A DNA stretch of 21,057 nucleotides from an uncultured delta proteobacterium (lineage in GTDB: Bacteria > Myxococcota > Myxococcia > Myxococcales > Anaeromyxobacteraceae). The notes below the pieces were generated by a model. It saw only the letters and a list, made by a program, of their open reading frames with translations, was not told where the DNA came from and did no database searches. Below are positions 16,806-21,057 of the stretch, piece by piece. The position numbers and the translations under genes are program-made. Position 1 is the first letter of the stretch; each line of letters starts with the position of its first letter. Location: positions 1-21,057 of the forward strand of contig CAWJSR010000046.1 of NCBI GenBank assembly GCA_963845515.1, written 5' to 3'.

Positions 16806-18069
16806 GTGGATCCCCTTCACCCGAAGGGCTCGCGCCGATCGACCCGCTGGCCGTCCCGCTGCCGCACGGGACCGAGGTGACGACCCGCGTCGAGCGGATC
16901 GCTCGGGGAGCGCCGCGTCCCGCAGGGCGTCGTCGGCCGCGTCGTCGCGATCCGCGACGACGGCTTCGACGTCCAGGTCACCGGCGTCGGCGTCGTCCGG
17001 TACGCGCGCGACGAGCTCCTGCCGCGGCGACCCGGGCAGGTGCGCTTCGCCGAGCAGCGGGCGGCCGACTGGGACGCGCTCCGGCCGTGCGTCGTGCTCG
17101 AGGCGACCGTCGGCTCGCGCGCCTGGGGCCTCGCCGACGAGGGCTCCGACACCGACCTCCGCGGCGTCTTCGCGCTGCCGTTCTCCTGGACCTCGGGGCT
17201 CGTCGACCCGCCGCACGCGCTCGCGAGCGCCGACGGGAGCGCCACCTACTGGGAGCACCGCAAGGCGATCCACCAGGCGCTCCGCGCCGATCCGAACACG
17301 CTCGAGCTGCTCTTCGTCCCGACTGCCCGCGCGGTCGACCCCATCGGCGAGTGGCTGCTCGAGGCGCGCGACGCCTTCGTCTCGGCCGACCTCTTCGGCA
17401 GCTTCGGCCGCTACGCGGTGAGCCAGCTCGGGAAGCTCGTCCCGGTCGGCGCGGCTCGCCGAGCACCGCGGGCTCGTGCTCGACTGGCTCAGGGAGGAGC
17501 CCGCGCCCGGGCTCGACGCGGTCGCCGCGCGGCTCGCGGCGATCTCGCCCCGCCCGGCGCCGCACTCCGGCGGACGGCGCTCCTCGCGGCGAAGGAGTAC
17601 GTGAAGCAGCTCTACCGCTCGCTCTTCGACCAGGGGCTGCTCGACGCGAACGACTTCGCCGCGCTGGTCCGCTTCGCGCGGGGCGGCGGGAAGCAGCCCG
17701 AGCCCGCGCGCGAGCTCCGGCCGAAGAACGCCTACAACCTGCTGCGGCTCATCCACGTCGCCACGGGCTGGCTGCGGACCGGGCGCCCGGAGCTCGAGAT
17801 GAAGGGGGCCGTCCGCGAGCGGCTGCTCGAGATCAAGCGGGCGCCGTCGATCTCGACTCGGTGCTCGCGGAGGCGGAGCGGCTCGTTCCGGCGCTCGAGG
17901 CCGCGCGCGACGCGACGCACGCTGCCGAAGCGACCCGACGTCGCGCGCGCCGACGCGCTGCTGCGCGGATCGGCGAGGAGGTCGCCCGGCGCTGGGTCGC
18001 GCGGCACGCCCGGCCCGTTCGGCGCCGACGCGCCGCCACCGCCCAGAGCTCCGCGAGGAGTCCACGTGA
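16806..18069 (+). CDS. RlaP/Nuc-transf-type Pol-beta nucleotidyltransferase 1, multiple frameshifts
   Basis: VGSRAWGLADEGSDTDLRGVF (GS..DxD), YWEHRK...ALRADPNTLELLF, KNAYNLLRL, RERLLEIK, LPKRPD...DALL. Stitched across several frames; the start is approximate; stop TGA 18067-18069. Confidence 0.85.
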
Positions 18070-18858
18070 CCGACGTCCTCGATCCGCAGCAGCAGCGGGC
18101 CGTCGCCGAGCGGGTGCTCGCCGAGGAGTCGGCCGCCCGGCGCCACCTCGTCGTCGCCCTCTCCGGCGCGCCACGCCTACGGCTTCCCCTCGCCCGACAG
18201 CGACCTCGACCTGAAGGCGATCCACGTCGCCCCGACGGAGCGGCTCCTCGGCCTATCGCCTCCGCAGCGAACGCCCCGGAGCGGATCGAGGTCATGGACG
18301 TCGAGATCGACTACTCGTCGAACGAGCTCCAGCCGGTGCTCGTCGGCATCCTCCAGGGCAACGGCAACTTCATCGAGCGGGTCCTGTCGCGCATCGTCCT
18401 GCGCTCGTCCCCGGAGCACGAGTCGCTGCGGCGCTCGTCGCGCGGAGCCTCTCGCGGCGGCTCCACCGCCACTACCGCGGCTTCGCCACGGGCCAGCTCC
18501 GCGAGTGGGAGAAGGACGGCTTCCGCTCCGCGAAGAAGCTCCTCTACGTGCTCCGGACCACGCTGACCGGCACGCACGCGCTCCTCACTGGCGAGATCGA
18601 GACGGACGTCACGCTCCTGCTCGACGAGCACGGCTTCGGCAGCGGCGCGTGCGCTCGTGGAAGCGAAGCGGCGCGGGGAGCGGTCGGAGCTCGCGCCCGA
18701 GGTCGCGGAGCGCTGGCGGAGGGAGGTGCGGCCACGCCTTCGACGTGCTCGATGCCGCCCTGTCCCGCTCGGTGCTCCCCGAGGAGCCACCCAACGTCGA
18801 CGAGATCGAGGCGTGGCTGGTGGAGCTGAGGCGGCGAGGCTTCAACAGCCTTAGCTGA
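18066..18858 (+). CDS. RlaP/Nuc-transf-type Pol-beta nucleotidyltransferase 2, multiple frameshifts
   Basis: LSGA/HAYGFPSPDSDLDLKAIH, GNGNFIERV, HYRGFA..Q, KKLLYVLRTTLTGTHALLTGEIE, SVLPEEP...IEAWLVELR; GTG start with GAGGAG SD, GTGA overlap with gene 1. Confidence 0.85.
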
Positions 18859-18871
18859 ACATCTCGCCGGC

Positions 18872-18880
18872 TTATCCACA
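18872..18880 (+). promoter_or_regulatory. Consensus DnaA box sequence TTATCCACA
   Basis: Exact 9-mer match, intergenic, about 70 bp upstream of the sigma54 element; single copy, function unproven. Confidence 0.3.
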
Positions 18881-18948
18881 GGGCTACACGCGCCGCCATC
18901 CCCTGCCGTCCGCCCCAGCGAATCCGGAGTGTTAGCGGCCGTGGCCCG

Positions 18949-18965
18949 TTGGCACGGCGGCTGCT
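18949..18965 (+). promoter_or_regulatory. Sigma54 -24/-12 promoter of the rsr-Y RNA unit
   Basis: TTGGCACG-GCGG-CTGCT against consensus TGGCACG-N4-TTGCW, 80 nt upstream of the rsr ATG; rsr/rtc operons are known to be sigma54-dependent. Confidence 0.8.
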
Positions 18966-19044
18966 CTCTCCGTCTGCGTCGCACGCGCCCCGCCGCTCGG
19001 CCCGAAGCACCGGGCCGAGCGGCGGTGGGGACGGAGGGGACGTC

Positions 19045-20596
19045 ATGGCCAACAAGTCGCTCTTCAGCTCGATCGCCGGGAAGCTCCTGCCGCGCGCCGC
19101 CGCCGTCAACGAGGCGGGCGGGAGGGCCTACGCGCGCTCGCCGAAGGGGGCGCTCGCCCAGTACGCCGCGACCGGGTGCCTGAACGGGACCTACTACGCC
19201 ACCGCGGGCGAGCAGCTGGAGAAGGCGCTCGCCCTCGCGGTCGCCGTCGACGCCGACTTCGTGGCGAAGACCGCCATCTACGCCCGTGAGCGGGCCTTCA
19301 TGAAGGACATGCCGGCGCTCCTGCTCGCCCACCTCTCGGGGCGCGCGCCGGACGCCTTCGCGGCGGCCTTCCCGCGCGTCGTCACCGACGCCCGGATGCT
19401 CCGTACCTTCGTCCAGGTCGTCCGGTCCGGTGCGACGGGGCGCAAGTCGCTCGGCAGCCGCCCGAAGCGGCTCGTGCGGGACTGGCTCGCCGCTCGCGAC
19501 GGGGATCAGCTCTTCCGCGCCTCGGTGGGTCAGGACCCCTCGCTCGCCGACGTCGTGAAGATGGTCCATCCGAAGCCGGCGTCCGACGAGCACCGCGCCT
19601 TCTACGGCTACCTGCTCGGGCGGTCGCACGATGCGCAGCACCTCCCGACCACGGTGAAGGCTTTCGAGGCCTTCAAGGCCGGGGCGTCGGCAGAGGTTCC
19701 GGACGTCCCGTTCCTCCTCCTCACCGCGCTGTCGCTTGGGCGCAAGGAGTGGGCGGCCATCGCGCGGAGCGCGAGCTGGCAGACCATGCGGATGAACCTC
19801 GCCACCTTCGCGCGCCACGGCGTCTTCGAGGAGGCGGGAGCGACCGAAGCGATCGCGGCCAGGCTGCGCGATCCCGAGGCCATCCGCCGGGCACGGGTCT
19901 TCCCGTACCAGCTCCTCGCGGCGTGGGCGAAGGCGGACGACGTGCCGCGCGCGGTGAAGGAGGCGCTCGGAGACGCGATGGAGCTCGCGACCGGAAACGT
20001 GCCGGCCATCGACGGCAAGGTCTACGTCTGCCCGGACACCTCCGGCTCGATGAGCTCGCCGGTGACCGGACACCGGCGGGGCGCGACCTCGAAGGTGACC
20101 TGTCTCGACGTGGCGGCCCTCGTGACCGCAGCGCTCCTGCGCAAGAACCCGGAGGCGGAGCTGCTTCCGTTCGCCGAAGGGGTCAAGAAGGCGCGGCTCG
20201 AATCCGCGCGACACGGTGACGACCAACGCGGCGGCCCTGGCGGCGCTCGGCGGTGGCGGGACCAACTGCAGCGCGCCGCTCGCCGAGCTGAACCGGCGCA
20301 AGGCGAAGGGAGAGCTCGTGGTCTACGTGTCCGACAACCAGTCGTGGATTGACGTCCGCGCGGGGCGCGGCACCGCGACGATGGAGGAGTGGTCGCGCTT
20401 CCGGGCGCGGAACCCGAAGGCGAAGCTGGTCTGCATCGACCTGCAGCCCTACGGGACCACGCAGGCCGCGGACCGCGACGACGTGCTGAACGTCGGCGGG
20501 TTCTCCGACCAGGTGTTCGACCTCCTTGCCGCGTTCCGACGCGGAGGGGACCACGCCGACCACTGGGCGAAGGCGATCGAGGAGGTGAGGCTTTGA
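19045..20596 (+). CDS. rsr: Ro60-related TROVE + vWA RNA-binding protein, 1-nt frameshift near 20200
   Basis: NEAGGRAY..SPK.ALAQYAATGCLNGTYYA, MKDMPALL, RMLRTFVQ..RSG..GRKSLGS, MRMNLATFARHGVF, VFPYQL, MIDAS CPDTSGSM. After the shift: NPRDTVTTNA...GGGGTNCS...VSDNQSW...CIDLQPY...NVGGFSDQVF. GGAGGGG SD. Confidence 0.95.
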
Positions 20597-20604
20597 AGGG
20601 ACTC

Positions 20605-20763
20605 TCGTGGAACGGACGAAGCGCCGGATGCAGCCGGGACTACACTCACACGTGCCGGGTCGCAGGTTCGAGTCCTGCCGTGGGGACGTCTGCCCCCGCG
20701 TAGCTCAGCTGGCAGAGCAGGAACGTCTCGGCAACCCTCGCCGGCGCTTCGTCGGTCCCACGA
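20605..20763 (+). ncRNA. yrlA: YrlA-like Y RNA with circularly permuted tRNA-like domain
   Basis: Closing stem 20605-20627/20741-20763; inner stem GCCGGGAC/GTCTCGGC. T-arm GCAGG-TTCGAGT-CCTGC (20662-20678); loop-closed acceptor stem CGTGGGG/CCCCGCG (20679-20700); then TA-GCTC-AGCTGGCA-GAGC D-arm (20701-20718). Starts 8 nt after the rsr stop. Confidence 0.9.
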
Positions 20764-20775
20764 TCTTCGGTAGCA

Positions 20776-20918
20776 GGACGGCCGCGGAGATGAGCGGCGG
20801 ATGCAGCGGGGACTACATGGTACGGACCGCAAGGTCTCACCGGGGTTCAAACCCCCGGGCAGGCGAAGCCGCCTGCGGTCTCCGCGCCTCTCGCCGCCGC
20901 TCTTCTGCGTGGCCGTCC
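20776..20918 (+). ncRNA. Second Y RNA, T-arm plus acceptor-like hairpin, no D-arm
   Basis: Closing stem GGACGGCC/GGCCGTCC and GAGCGGCGG/CCGCCGCTC; inner stem GCGGGGAC/GTCTCCGC. GACC-GCAA-GGTC hairpin; CCGGGG-TTCAAAC-CCCCGG; GCAGGC/GCCTGC. Shares 22 of 24 nt with RNA1 at the 5' stem strand. Confidence 0.8.
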
Positions 20919-21011
20919 AGAGCCGTCGCGTGACGCAAGAAGACGGTCGCTGGCGCGTCAGGACCTTCCTGTCCACGCCCTCCGGGAAGGCAAGGTGGCT
21001 GGACCGGGCGC

Positions 21012-21030
21012 CGCTTCGTCGGTTCCACGA
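21012..21030 (+). repeat. 19-bp copy of the Y RNA1 3' stem strand
   Basis: CGCTTCGTCGGTTCCACGA against CGCTTCGTCGGTCCCACGA at 20745-20763 (1 mismatch); reverse complement of 20605-20623 with 1 mismatch. Confidence 0.8.
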
Positions 21031-21057
21031 CCTCAGTCGCCGGAGCCCCCCGGCCGC

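Noticed and set aside
17040..18566. Single 508-aa nucleotidyltransferase ORF
   Set aside because: It drifts in and out of the true frames and crosses the boundary of two genes at 18066-18069.
18544..20301. 585-aa minus-strand ORF (likewise 13405-14829, 16707-18146, 5363-6349 and 3704-4663)
   Set aside because: Shadow ORFs opposite real genes in high-GC DNA; Arg/Gly/Pro-rich with no motifs.
20655..20720. tRNA gene
   Set aside because: The T-arm precedes the D-arm, the acceptor stem is closed by a loop, and there is no anticodon loop or CCA end; it fits a Y RNA tRNA-like domain.
20621..20817. CRISPR-like direct repeats
   Set aside because: Only two copies 173 nt apart, each part of an RNA stem; no cas genes.
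20607..21028. ORFs over the Y RNA region
   Set aside because: No protein features; the sequence is explained by RNA structure with compensatory changes.

Overview
GC-rich (roughly 70%) bacterial DNA, probably from a myxobacterium or related deltaproteobacterium (inferred from composition and gene style). The left ~14 kb is a decaying accessory island. It holds a 5'-truncated tyrosine integrase head-to-head with a 5'-truncated HEPN RNase, an intact Xre/MbcA-RES toxin-antitoxin pair, and small secreted, membrane or immunity-like genes. It also holds a CYTH gene, a degenerate GT51 transglycosylase, a RelE-family toxin pseudogene with an intact antitoxin, a clipped XRE-ImmA/PIN pair, a VOC gene and a cardiolipin-synthase remnant. 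Next is a four-gene operon of unknown function (DUF2589, DUF2589, hypothetical, peptidoglycan-binding M15 peptidase). The right end is an RNA repair or quality-control locus: two coupled RlaP-type Pol-beta nucleotidyltransferases and a Ro60/Rsr TROVE-vWA gene, each unit behind a sigma54-type -24/-12 element. Two tandem Y RNAs follow: a full permuted tRNA mimic (YrlA-like) and a D-arm-less variant, then a distal copy of the closing-stem strand. The many small frameshifts at 16.8-20.2 kb look like long-read errors. All family calls are from motif recognition, not database searches.
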